64,000 nt of DNA from Eubacteriales bacterium. GTDB lineage: Bacteria > Bacillota > Clostridia > Oscillospirales > CAG-272. Of this stretch, positions 34,813 through 43,529 are shown piece after piece. The first letter of the stretch is position 1; each line of letters begins with the position of its first letter. The notes below the pieces were generated by a model. That model was given only the letters and a program-made list of their open reading frames with translations. It was not told the origin of the DNA and did no database searches. The position numbers and the translations under genes were made by a program. The stretch is from assembly GCA_051867925.1 (NCBI GenBank), contig JBJDZI010000030.1, forward strand, positions 1,158-65,157. The letters run 5' to 3'.

Positions 34813-36095
34813 TGGTCGCCCTCTCCTTCAAAGCGGACTTCCATCGCCCGTGCATGTGCATCCAGCCCTTCGCTTCTTGCAAATGCCGCAACATCCTTGT
34901 AGATGGCATTCAGCTGATCCTCGGGATAGTAGATATACTGGGTCTTTTTGACGAAATCGTCTACCGAAAGGGGTGAGGAGAAACGGGCAGAACCGCCTGT
35001 GGGGAGAGTGTGATTGGGCCCTGCAAAGTAATCGCCCAGCGGCTCGGGAGCGTATCTGCCCATGAAGATCGAGCCTGCGTTTTGCACTTTATCCAGCCAC
35101 TTGAAGGGATCGGCAACCGCCAACTCCAGATGCTCGGGAGCGATAAGGTTCGCTGTTTCGATGGCCTCTTCCAGCGAATCTACCAGAATGATCTTGCCGT
35201 TGGCATCCAGCGATGCACCTGCAATCTCGCTTCTGGGCAACTTTGCAAGCTGCTCTGCAAGTTCCGTCTGCACACCCTCGGCAAGAGACAGACTATCGGT
35301 GACCAGCACCGCTGACGCCAGTCGGTCGTGTTCTGCCTGAGAAAGCAGATCTGCCGCCACGTGGGAGGGAGATGCGCTGTCATCGGCAACCACCAAAATC
35401 TCGGAAGGACCCGCGATCATCTCGATGCCCACCATACCGAAGACCTCTTTCTTGGCAAGGGCAACGAAGATATTGCCGGGGCCTGTGATTTTGTCCACCT
35501 TCGGTACGCTCTCAGTACCGTTTGCCAGCGCTGCGATGGCTTGCGCGCCGCCGGATTTGACGACGGTTTTGACTCCGCACAGGCTTGCCGCCACCAGCAT
35601 TTCCGCCTTGATCTTGCCGTTTTTGGCAGGCGGAGTTGCCATCACGATCTGCTTGACTCCTGCGATCTTGGCGGGAATGGCGTTCATCAGAACGGTGGAG
35701 GTGAGGGGCGCCGTGCCGCCGGGGACGTAAAGTCCCGCCTTTTCGATGGGTGTGACCTTCTGCCCCAGCACGATGCCGTTTTCTTTTTTGATCACAAAGC
35801 CATCGCGCTTTTGCCTCTCGTGGAAGGCGATGATATTGTCTCTCGCCTGTTCGAGGATGGCGATGTATTCGGGGGAGACCTGTTGAAAGGCTTCTTCAAA
35901 TTCCGCTTCGGTAACCAGAAGCTCATCCAGCACTACACCGTCGAACTGCTTGGCGTAATCGCGGAGTGCCTCGTCTCCTCTTGCCTCCACATCGGCGATG
36001 ATGGCTCTCACCTTCTGCTCGTATTCGGGATAAGCGACGATGGCGCGGTTCAAAATCTCGCTTTGCTCAATCTCGCTCAGTTTGAGTATTTTCAT
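34809..36095 (-). CDS. hisD: Histidinol dehydrogenase
   Basis: GLYVPGG, GGAQAIAALA, AGPSE, QAEHD, APEHLE, GPNHTLPT. Confidence 0.97.
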   Translation of the reverse strand: MKILKLSEIEQSEILNRAIVAYPEYEQKVRAIIADVEARGDEALRDYAKQFDGVVLDELLVTEAEFEEAFQQVSPEYIAILEQARDNIIAFHERQKRDGFVIKKENGIVLGQKVTPIEKAGLYVPGGTAPLTSTVLMNAIPAKIAGVKQIVMATPPAKNGKIKAEMLVAASLCGVKTVVKSGGAQAIAALANGTESVPKVDKITGPGNIFVALAKKEVFGMVGIEMIAGPSEILVVADDSASPSHVAADLLSQAEHDRLASAVLVTDSLSLAEGVQTELAEQLAKLPRSEIAGASLDANGKIILVDSLEEAIETANLIAPEHLELAVADPFKWLDKVQNAGSIFMGRYAPEPLGDYFAGPNHTLPTGGSARFSSPLSVDDFVKKTQYIYYPEDQLNAIYKDVAAFARSEGLDAHARAMEVRFEGEGDQ

Positions 36096-36714
36096 CGGAT
36101 TTACCTTCTTTCAGCTTGGCAACGATTTGCCCGATCTCTTCCGCTTTGAACTTGGAGGAGGCTTTATTGGCGATCAGTCGGGCGCTGATGGGGACGATTT
36201 CTTCCCACACCCGCAGATTGTTCTCGCGCAGGGTCGTTCCCGTCTCCACGATGTCCACGATCACGTCGGAAAGCCCCACCAGCGGAGCAATCTCGATGGA
36301 GCCGCTGAGTTTGATAATTTCGATCTCGCGGTTCGTGGATTCGTAGTAGCGGCGGGCGATATGAACGAACTTGGTCGCCACCTTCACGGGGCGATCGGGA
36401 TCTTCTCTGTAATCGTTGGGGGCCGCCACGCACATCCGACATTTTCCAAATCTCAGATCCAGCAGTTCGTACAGTTCCGGCTCCTGCTCCAGCAGAATGT
36501 CCTTTCCGACCACGCCGATGTCAGCGGCTCCCTTCTCCACGTAAATCGCCACGTCGGAAGGTTTCACCAGAAAATAGCGAACGCCGTTTTCGGCATTCTC
36601 GAAGATCAGTTTGCGGTTATCTTCAAGGATTTCGGGGCATTCGTAGCCGATAGCCGCCAGCATATCGTAGACCTTCATGCCCAGTCTGCCTTTCGGCAAT
36701 GCAACATTCAACAT
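36067..36714 (-). CDS. hisG: ATP phosphoribosyltransferase, short form
   Basis: ALPKGRL, DIGVVGKD, VATKF, GSIEIAP, DIVETG. Confidence 0.96.
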   Translation of the reverse strand: MLNVALPKGRLGMKVYDMLAAIGYECPEILEDNRKLIFENAENGVRYFLVKPSDVAIYVEKGAADIGVVGKDILLEQEPELYELLDLRFGKCRMCVAAPNDYREDPDRPVKVATKFVHIARRYYESTNREIEIIKLSGSIEIAPLVGLSDVIVDIVETGTTLRENNLRVWEEIVPISARLIANKASSKFKAEEIGQIVAKLKEGKSDENTQTERD

Positions 36715-36717
36715 CAC

Positions 36718-37824
36718 TCAGCCCTCCTCTCTCAGATCGATCACCGTTTTAGCGGTAAATTCGCGGGGCGCGGCGGTAGCAAGCCGCACGCGCTTTCCCT
36801 CTGCCCGCAGGGATGCTGCCCTGGAAAGAACCTGTTTCACATCCGTCTCGGGGGAGTACAGAAGCAGAACGTCCGCATCGCAGTCGGGACGGTTGGGATA
36901 GCAGGAGTTCAAATCGCCCAGCGACAGCGCAAAGCCGACTGCCGAAAGATTTTTACGGAATTTGGTCAGCAGGCGGTCGTATCTGCCGCCGGTCAGCAGG
37001 ATTCCGGGGTATTTTTCCACATATCCCTGCATCAGCACGCCGTTATAGTAAGAAAGATCGTTCTGCATGGTGAAATCCAGCCGAACGCCCTCTGCCATAT
37101 CCAGTGCCGCAAGGGTATTGCCGATGACTTCCAGTTCATCCAGTGCTTCGGTCATGGATTCGTTCACGGCGATCTTGCGGGCAAGGGACAGGGTTTCGGC
37201 AAAGGATCCCTGAGATGCCAGCACAGCGGACAGTCCCTCCATCCATTCCGCGGAGGGAACGGAGTCTCCCAGCAGATCCCGCAGATCGTGGGTGTTCTGG
37301 GAAGCGATGCAGGACAGCACGCGGACTCTGACATCGGCGGACGTGACTTGACAAGCACTCAGCAATCCCTCCACAAAGCCCATATGGGAAAGGCAAAGGA
37401 TGGAGTGTTCGTCGATGAGCGCAAGGCTCTCCTTTGCCATCTGAATGATTTCCAGCGTAGCCGGCGTATCCACCTGCCCGATCAATTCCACGCCCGCTTG
37501 GGGAATTTCGCGGAACTCCTTGGTATGGCGATCCATACGGTAGACGTTTTCGCGGTAGAACACTTTATCGGTGTTGCCCACATCGGCGCGGGTGTTCTTG
37601 ACGATGGACAGCGTGACATCGGGGCGAAGCGCCATCAGTTTGCCGTCGGGAGAGTGAAACGTCAGCACATATTCGCTGGTCAGAAAGGATTTGTACTCTT
37701 CGTACAGTGAATACTGCTCAAATTTGCGCATTTTGAATTTGCGAAAGCCGTAGGACTCAAACAGTCCTTCCAGCGAAAGATAGACCTGCTCGTCTTTGGT
37801 CAGAGTCTTGGGAACTGCGTTCAT
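36718..37824 (-). CDS. hisZ: ATP phosphoribosyltransferase regulatory subunit
   Basis: ALRPDVT, QAGVELIG, YYNG, GGRYD; adjacent to short hisG. Confidence 0.92.
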   Translation of the reverse strand: MNAVPKTLTKDEQVYLSLEGLFESYGFRKFKMRKFEQYSLYEEYKSFLTSEYVLTFHSPDGKLMALRPDVTLSIVKNTRADVGNTDKVFYRENVYRMDRHTKEFREIPQAGVELIGQVDTPATLEIIQMAKESLALIDEHSILCLSHMGFVEGLLSACQVTSADVRVRVLSCIASQNTHDLRDLLGDSVPSAEWMEGLSAVLASQGSFAETLSLARKIAVNESMTEALDELEVIGNTLAALDMAEGVRLDFTMQNDLSYYNGVLMQGYVEKYPGILLTGGRYDRLLTKFRKNLSAVGFALSLGDLNSCYPNRPDCDADVLLLYSPETDVKQVLSRAASLRAEGKRVRLATAAPREFTAKTVIDLREEG

Positions 37825-38126
37825 TGATTATCTTCCTTCGTTGATTGAATGTAGTCGCGGAGCAGACGGCTATACCCCTCTCCGTGCTGCAGGGCGCGGG
37901 ACACCCGACTGAGCGTAACGGTTGAAATCCCCGTTTCCTCGCACACCTGCGTATAAGTTTTTCCTTCCATCAGAAGTACCGCACTTCGGATACGCTGATC
38001 CATCTGTTCGATCTCCTTGACAGTGCAGAGATCCTCCAGCAGGAGGGCGATCTCTGCGGGATTCTGCAAACTGGCAAGCATATTGCACAGTAATTCGTGT
38101 TTTTGATGTTCATCGTGAGCAGTCAT
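37821..38126 (-). CDS. hisR: YerC/TrpR-like regulator (HisR)
   Basis: EDLCTVKE, GKTY...TGISTVTLSRVSRAL..GEGY; first gene of the his operon. Confidence 0.85.
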   Translation of the reverse strand: MTAHDEHQKHELLCNMLASLQNPAEIALLLEDLCTVKEIEQMDQRIRSAVLLMEGKTYTQVCEETGISTVTLSRVSRALQHGEGYSRLLRDYIQSTKEDNQ

Positions 38127-38155
38127 AGACTTGCCTCCCATTTTTTGATGCTTCT

Positions 38156-38189
38156 ATTATACACCATCACTTTAGTTTTGTAAAGTGAT
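38156..38189 (-). promoter_or_regulatory. his operon promoter with HisR-type operator
   Basis: Perfect ATCACTTTA-N6-TAAAGTGAT palindrome (38166-38189) overlapping the -35 of TTTACA-N17-TATAAT. Confidence 0.85.
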
Positions 38190-38263
38190 TTGATCAAAAT
38201 TTCTTCCGACAATATTCCAAAAGATTTGCTCTGATTTTTGTGCAATTTGACAGATGAATATGA

Positions 38264-38300
38264 AAAAGCCCAAGACGCCGATTGGCTCCTTGGGCTCTTG
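38264..38300 (-). terminator. Probable terminator of pcp
   Basis: AGCCCAAG...CTTGGGCT stem with minus-strand T run. Confidence 0.6.
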
Positions 38301-38305
38301 AACTT

Positions 38306-38929
38306 TTATTTCGCGCAGTCCGTTGATTCGATCAGGGTGCGCAAACAGATTTCGATACCGCGGGCAATATCCGAAGTCACCATGGCAAACATCGGAAGAG
38401 ATTTGCTCCTCACTTGTTCCACCGAATATGGGACGTGAATGAATCCGCCTTTGACCGACGGATATGCGGTATGAATCTGATGGAGCAACTGATACATCAG
38501 ACAGTTGCAGACATATGTTCCCGCGCTATACGAGACGAAGCCGGGCAGTCCTTCTTTCCGGAGGGCAGAAACCATCTGCCGCACGGGCAGATTGGTAAAA
38601 TAGGCGGCAGGGCCGTCGGCGATCACGGGCTGATCAGCATAGCAGACACCGGAATTATCCGGCATCGCACCGTGCTTTAAGTTGATGGCAACATATTCGG
38701 GCGTAATTGCCGTTCTTCCCCCTGCCTGTCCGACGCATACCACCGCATCGGGGCGGTAATGATCGACCATCCAAGTCAGCAAAGACGGACTCGCATCGTA
38801 ACTGACCGGCATCTCCCGCTTGATCAGTTGATGCCCGTCTAAATAATCGGGGAGTAGTTTGATCGCCTCGTAGGACGGATTGATTGGCTCTCCGCCAAAG
38901 GGCGCAAAGCCGGTAAGCAGGATTTTCAT
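38306..38929 (-). CDS. pcp: Pyroglutamyl-peptidase I
   Basis: LLTGFAPFGGEPINPS, GQAGGR, SAGTYVCN, GFIHVP. Confidence 0.95.
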   Translation of the reverse strand: MKILLTGFAPFGGEPINPSYEAIKLLPDYLDGHQLIKREMPVSYDASPSLLTWMVDHYRPDAVVCVGQAGGRTAITPEYVAINLKHGAMPDNSGVCYADQPVIADGPAAYFTNLPVRQMVSALRKEGLPGFVSYSAGTYVCNCLMYQLLHQIHTAYPSVKGGFIHVPYSVEQVRSKSLPMFAMVTSDIARGIEICLRTLIESTDCAK

Positions 38930-39022
38930 ATAGCCTCCTATGGAGCAGGGCAATTCTCCGCTTAGACATCTGAGATAGGCTGGCTCCCATATTGGTCAGT
39001 CGCCGGGAGAATGCAGGGATCG

Positions 39023-40201
39023 TTATTTGCAGGCAAGGCGATAGATCGCCTCGGCGTCTGCTTCCTTCAGATGGACGAAACCGCCTGTCTCGCCGCCGCA
39101 AAGCCCCAGCGTCTTGACAAAATAGGGGATGTCTTCTTCCTTCGCGCCCAATTCCGCCATAGTGGTGGGCATACCGATGGAACGGAGGAAACTGCGGAAC
39201 GCTTCGATGCCTGCCATTGCCGTAGCGCGGGGATTGGCAAAATCCATAGGACAGCCCCAAACGCGGGTCGCCACCTGCGCAAAGCGCATCACGTCGTGAT
39301 CAACCACATACTCCATCCAAGCGGGCATGATCACCGCAAGTCCTGCACCGTGGGCACAGTCGTTGACCGCCGAGATCTCATGCTCCAGCCAATGGGAGTT
39401 CCAGTCCTGCTCACGACCGACGCCGCAGATATCGTTGTGCGCAACCATTCCCGCCCACATGATGTTGGCGCGGGCTTCGTAATCGTTGGGCTCTGCAATG
39501 ACTTTGGGAACCTCGTGGATCATTGCCATCAGCACCGCTTCGCAAAGGCGGTCGGTGGTCTCGACGTGTGTGGTGTTAGTGAAATAACGCTCGAACACGT
39601 GCGCCATAATATCGGTGGCACCGCTGGCGGTCTGATATGGAGGAAGCGTCTGTGTCAGAGCGGGATTCAAAATGGAGAATTTGGGGCGCAGGCAATCACC
39701 GCCGGTGGCGCGCTTGAGCATTCCCTCTTCCTTGGTGATGACGCTGTCTCCGCTTCCCTCACTGCCTGCAGCGGCGATGGTCAGCACTACGCCCACAGGG
39801 AGCGCGGTCGCAGATGCGGTGCGGGTGCGGTCTTCGTAGAAGTCCCAGAAGTCGCCGTCATAACAGCTGCCAAGCGCGATGGCTTTGGAGGAGTCGATGA
39901 CCGATCCGCCACCCACTGCCAGAATGAAGTCCACTTTTTCCTGCTTGCACAGTTTGATGCCTTCATAAACCAGTCCACTGCGGGGATTGGGCATTACGCC
40001 GCCCAGCTTTACAAAGGAGATTCCTGCATCGGTCAGAGACTGTTCCACGCGGGCAAGCAAACCGGAGCGGACAACGCTTCCGCCGCCGTAGTGGATCAGA
40101 ACGCGGCTTCCGCCGAATTTGCGGACATAGTCGCCCGCTTGGCACTCGGTATCTTTACCAAACACGAAGTATGTGGGAGAATAAAACGTAAAATTCAGCA
40201 T
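39023..40201 (-). CDS. Iron-containing alcohol dehydrogenase (BdhA/YqhD-like)
   Basis: AVGGGSVIDSSKA, TIAAAGSE, DIMAHVFERY, HWLEH, HGAGLA. Confidence 0.9.
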   Translation of the reverse strand: MLNFTFYSPTYFVFGKDTECQAGDYVRKFGGSRVLIHYGGGSVVRSGLLARVEQSLTDAGISFVKLGGVMPNPRSGLVYEGIKLCKQEKVDFILAVGGGSVIDSSKAIALGSCYDGDFWDFYEDRTRTASATALPVGVVLTIAAAGSEGSGDSVITKEEGMLKRATGGDCLRPKFSILNPALTQTLPPYQTASGATDIMAHVFERYFTNTTHVETTDRLCEAVLMAMIHEVPKVIAEPNDYEARANIMWAGMVAHNDICGVGREQDWNSHWLEHEISAVNDCAHGAGLAVIMPAWMEYVVDHDVMRFAQVATRVWGCPMDFANPRATAMAGIEAFRSFLRSIGMPTTMAELGAKEEDIPYFVKTLGLCGGETGGFVHLKEADAEAIYRLACK

Positions 40202-40374
40202 AACTGTTTCCTTTTCTGTTGAGATAAATTACGATTTCATTATATCATAACTTCTCGTAAATTGCAACCGTCCCGTCCAATTTTACTCCAGAATTTTACG
40301 CGTTTTCTTTTGCAATCTTGCATTTTGCGAAAATGTGCGCTATAATAACGATAAACTTTGATTGGGGGTCTATT

Positions 40375-43170
40375 ATGAAACGCACAAAACCATTGGCATT
40401 CTTATTATCCGCTCTGCTTCTCGTCTCCTGCACCCACACCGAAGGGGCAGGGGTGGCTGAATCATCCTCCGTCACCACTGATGGGACAAGCACGCCCACT
40501 GTCTCGGACGAGGATATTCCTTCCACCACGCCGATCGGAGAGGAGCGCGATGCCGTTGCCAATCTGTTGGGCACCATCCATGACGGAAACGGTCTGCTCT
40601 GGTATCAGTTTGAGGAAAAAGCGGGCGCGACCAAGCTCTACTCTTCCCTGTCTCAAGCCAGAGACAGCATCGAGGTGAAGGCAACGCTTTCGCCCGATGA
40701 GGGCGTTGAGGGCGGAGCCATCTCTTTTGATGGTATCGACGATCGCGTGAAACTCAACAATGACTTTGCAAACGTCAGTCAGATCACCTCCGGCACCTTC
40801 CTGCATCCCTCCTTCACTACCCTTTCGATAGCCTTCTACTTTATGCCCGAACGGCTGGAGGGCGATCAGCTTCTGTACGAACAGGGCGATGAGGGCGCAG
40901 GGCTTGCCATCGGCATCGTGGGAGGGAAACTGACCGCCGCAGTCAGTGCAGGCAGATCTGCCACCGCCACCGGCAAAGCCAAAGTCGTGGGCGAATATGC
41001 TCTGCGTGCAGACGACCTGCAACAATGGATCCACGTTGCCGTCACCTTTGACGGAAACGAAAACGGCGGTACCGCTCGCCTGTTCGTCAACGGTGAGATG
41101 GTTGCCCAGCGGAGCACGCTGGGAGCAGTCATTCCCCAAACATTGGATGCTGCCGGGCTGGGCGCTGCCTACTACGGCACCAACGCGCTGGGACTTGCCG
41201 ATTCATATTTTGCAGGAAAGATGGACGATCTGCGGATCTACTCCACCGCCATCCAGCCAATGGGCAAACTGGAGGAGAATGTGGTCTATCTCCAGTCTGC
41301 CGCCGCCAAGAACGCTTATCTGAAGGGTTCTTTCGCGTCTCTGACCTGTGATTACAGCGTGGAGCCTGCTTTGCGGGGTTGGATCATTACCGACGGACTG
41401 GCGGGATCGGGCGTTTCTCTGCGGCTGACCGGCACCGATCAATACATCGTCGCGGAGAACGGCGGGCTGTCGGTACGAAAAATTTCCACCGATGCGGACA
41501 AAGCCGCCGCTACCTTTACGGCACACGAACCACTGGCAGTTCCCTCCTGGGGCGAGGCTACCCGCTCGGACTTCGTTTCTTTTCAGTCCGCTGACGGCAA
41601 ATACATCGCCGCCGTAGACGGTAAGGTATCGCTACTGGAGGCGGACATCGCGCCTTTGTCTGCCACCTTCAAGCAAACCGACGATCAAACCTCCGTCATC
41701 GACGGGCTGAAGGGTGCGGTCTACTATCCCTCCTACGCGCTGAACGCGCCGCAGTTCTGGAAATGGTACGATCATCAGCTGATCGATATGGAGATGGGCT
41801 ACGCCGAGCGGCTTGGCATCAACGCCTTCCGCATTTGGGTCAGCTACGAATATTGGCTGGAGGATCCCGATCACCTTGAAGCAGGATTCAAGGACTTTTT
41901 GGAACTTGCGGATGCCCACGGCATCAAGATCATGGTCTCTCTGTTCGAGGGATGCGGAGACGCTTACGATTACGACAGCGTGCATACTTGGAGCCGCGTA
42001 TACACCGGTAACTCCTGCGGCTGGGCGATTACTTCCCCCTGTGCCGCTATCTACAACAACAAATCCCGCTGGGACGAGCCGAAAGCCTTCGTCACGCGAT
42101 TCCTTCAGCTGTTCGGTGACGATGACAGACTGATGTCCATCGAACTGTACAACGAGCCTTGGGGCAACAACCGTGCCTCGCTGGCGAAGTATCTGTGCGA
42201 GTACGCAGTCACGATTCAAGGAAGCGTTCCGCTGATCGCAGGCACCGCCCCCGCCGATGCGTTCAATCTCAGAGACACCGTGAAACTGGGCATGGATCAG
42301 CTTCAGTATCACGATAACTTCCCCGGCAGTACTGCCGCATTCAAGAACAACGCAAACGGCAAGATTGAGCAAGCGCGGCTTGCCAATCTTCCCGTCTACT
42401 GCACGGAAGTACAATGGGTGGGCGGTCCTTCGGGCATCAACTATCCCGTCTATTCCAATCTTGCCCCTACCTGCAACGAGCTGATGGAGAGCGGAAAATG
42501 GGCACCCTTCTACTGGACGCTGATGGTTCACCCCTGCTATCTCAATTCTTACCGCAACAACTTCCAAATGTACAACGGTCTGGTCAACGAGGACGGAACG
42601 GTCAATTCTTTGGCGAGTGCAAAGGCATGGGCAAACGGTGTGATGGATTTTACCGAAAGCGCGGTTTCGCCTTATAGCAAGGGACACTATACCTATACCG
42701 TGGGCTTCTCCGAATCCTTTATGCAGGATAATCTTTATAAATGGAGCGCACTCTCGGGCACTTGGTCAACCACTGACGAGGTGCTGAACGGTGCAGGCGT
42801 GATCCTTGCCAATGACACGGAGTTTGGCTCTTTCACCGCCACCTTTGACGTGATTCTTAGTGGCGGCATTGGCGGTCTGGTGATAGGTTACGACGGCGGC
42901 TCTTATCTGGTCGCCCGCCTGTCCGACGAGAGCAATGTGATCGAACTGGTCTCGGTGGACGGCAGTCAAACTGCCGTCCTTGCAAGCGCGCCTTGTGTCA
43001 TTGACGCAGGCGGTCTGCAAAGCGTGACGGTGACGGCGAAGAACGGAAAACTGTCCCTTTCCTGCAATTGCACCGAGGTCAGCGTAGAGGTCGGTCTAAC
43101 GGTAGGACAGATCGGCTTTACTGCCGAGGGGAGCGCAAAGTTTGATAATCTGCGCGTGAATGCCCGGTAG
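40375..43170 (+). CDS. Multidomain lipoprotein: LamG-like + beta-trefoil-like + clan GH-A (GH5-like) catalytic domain
   Basis: LVSC lipobox; WIHVAVTFDG..LFVNG..FAGKMDDLRIY (LamG); GINAFRIW, LYNEP, YHDN, YCTE; C-terminal G.IGF..AKFDNL sandwich. Confidence 0.7.
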   Translation: MKRTKPLAFLLSALLLVSCTHTEGAGVAESSSVTTDGTSTPTVSDEDIPSTTPIGEERDAVANLLGTIHDGNGLLWYQFEEKAGATKLYSSLSQARDSIEVKATLSPDEGVEGGAISFDGIDDRVKLNNDFANVSQITSGTFLHPSFTTLSIAFYFMPERLEGDQLLYEQGDEGAGLAIGIVGGKLTAAVSAGRSATATGKAKVVGEYALRADDLQQWIHVAVTFDGNENGGTARLFVNGEMVAQRSTLGAVIPQTLDAAGLGAAYYGTNALGLADSYFAGKMDDLRIYSTAIQPMGKLEENVVYLQSAAAKNAYLKGSFASLTCDYSVEPALRGWIITDGLAGSGVSLRLTGTDQYIVAENGGLSVRKISTDADKAAATFTAHEPLAVPSWGEATRSDFVSFQSADGKYIAAVDGKVSLLEADIAPLSATFKQTDDQTSVIDGLKGAVYYPSYALNAPQFWKWYDHQLIDMEMGYAERLGINAFRIWVSYEYWLEDPDHLEAGFKDFLELADAHGIKIMVSLFEGCGDAYDYDSVHTWSRVYTGNSCGWAITSPCAAIYNNKSRWDEPKAFVTRFLQLFGDDDRLMSIELYNEPWGNNRASLAKYLCEYAVTIQGSVPLIAGTAPADAFNLRDTVKLGMDQLQYHDNFPGSTAAFKNNANGKIEQARLANLPVYCTEVQWVGGPSGINYPVYSNLAPTCNELMESGKWAPFYWTLMVHPCYLNSYRNNFQMYNGLVNEDGTVNSLASAKAWANGVMDFTESAVSPYSKGHYTYTVGFSESFMQDNLYKWSALSGTWSTTDEVLNGAGVILANDTEFGSFTATFDVILSGGIGGLVIGYDGGSYLVARLSDESNVIELVSVDGSQTAVLASAPCVIDAGGLQSVTVTAKNGKLSLSCNCTEVSVEVGLTVGQIGFTAEGSAKFDNLRVNAR

Positions 43171-43246
43171 TTAATCCAGCATCACTCTCAGTGAGTCTAT
43201 GCAAAAAATAAGCCTACAATCATCGCCCCGCTTCAGCGGGGCGATT

Positions 43247-43409
43247 CAGTTTGTCGAAAAAGCCCCATACCATACCGAGGGTAGGAGAAAACCATCGGAG
43301 TGCCGAAGTTTTCGTAGCAACCGCAACGCGGTTGCTACACTCCTCATCGAGCTCTCTACCCACTTCCTTGGCCGGCGGCACTCGAAATTTATAGTTTATC
43401 GACAGTCTG
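43247..43409. mobile_element. MITE-like element flanked by a duplicated 26-bp hairpin
   Basis: Ends CAGTTTGTCGAAAAA...TTTATCGACAGTCTG; direct repeats 43221-43246 and 43410-43435 (25/26 identical). Confidence 0.8.
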
Positions 43410-43473
43410 CATCGCCCCGCTTCGGCGGGGCGATTCCTTGTCTTCAACATTTGCGATTTTTTCGGCAAATCTC

Positions 43474-43502
43474 TTGCAATATGCTCGGAAATATGGTATA
43501 AT
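43474..43502 (+). promoter_or_regulatory. sigma-A-like promoter
   Basis: TTGCAA-N17-TATAAT upstream of the TetM-like gene. Confidence 0.7.
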
Positions 43503-43529
43503 ATTGATGATTATGGATCGGAGGTCGCT

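Noticed and set aside
38935..39015. ZTP-riboswitch-like words (GACTGAC...GGGAGC) upstream of pcp
   Set aside because: The P2 stem and the 3' pseudoknot hairpin are not evident and the gene context is wrong. A weak RBS-occluding hairpin (CTCC-ATA-GGAG) is possible but unsupported.
43199..43501. Short ORFs over repeat regions (also 3119..3337, 49908..50219, 55224..55577)
   Set aside because: They are translations of palindromic repeat DNA with no coding signal.
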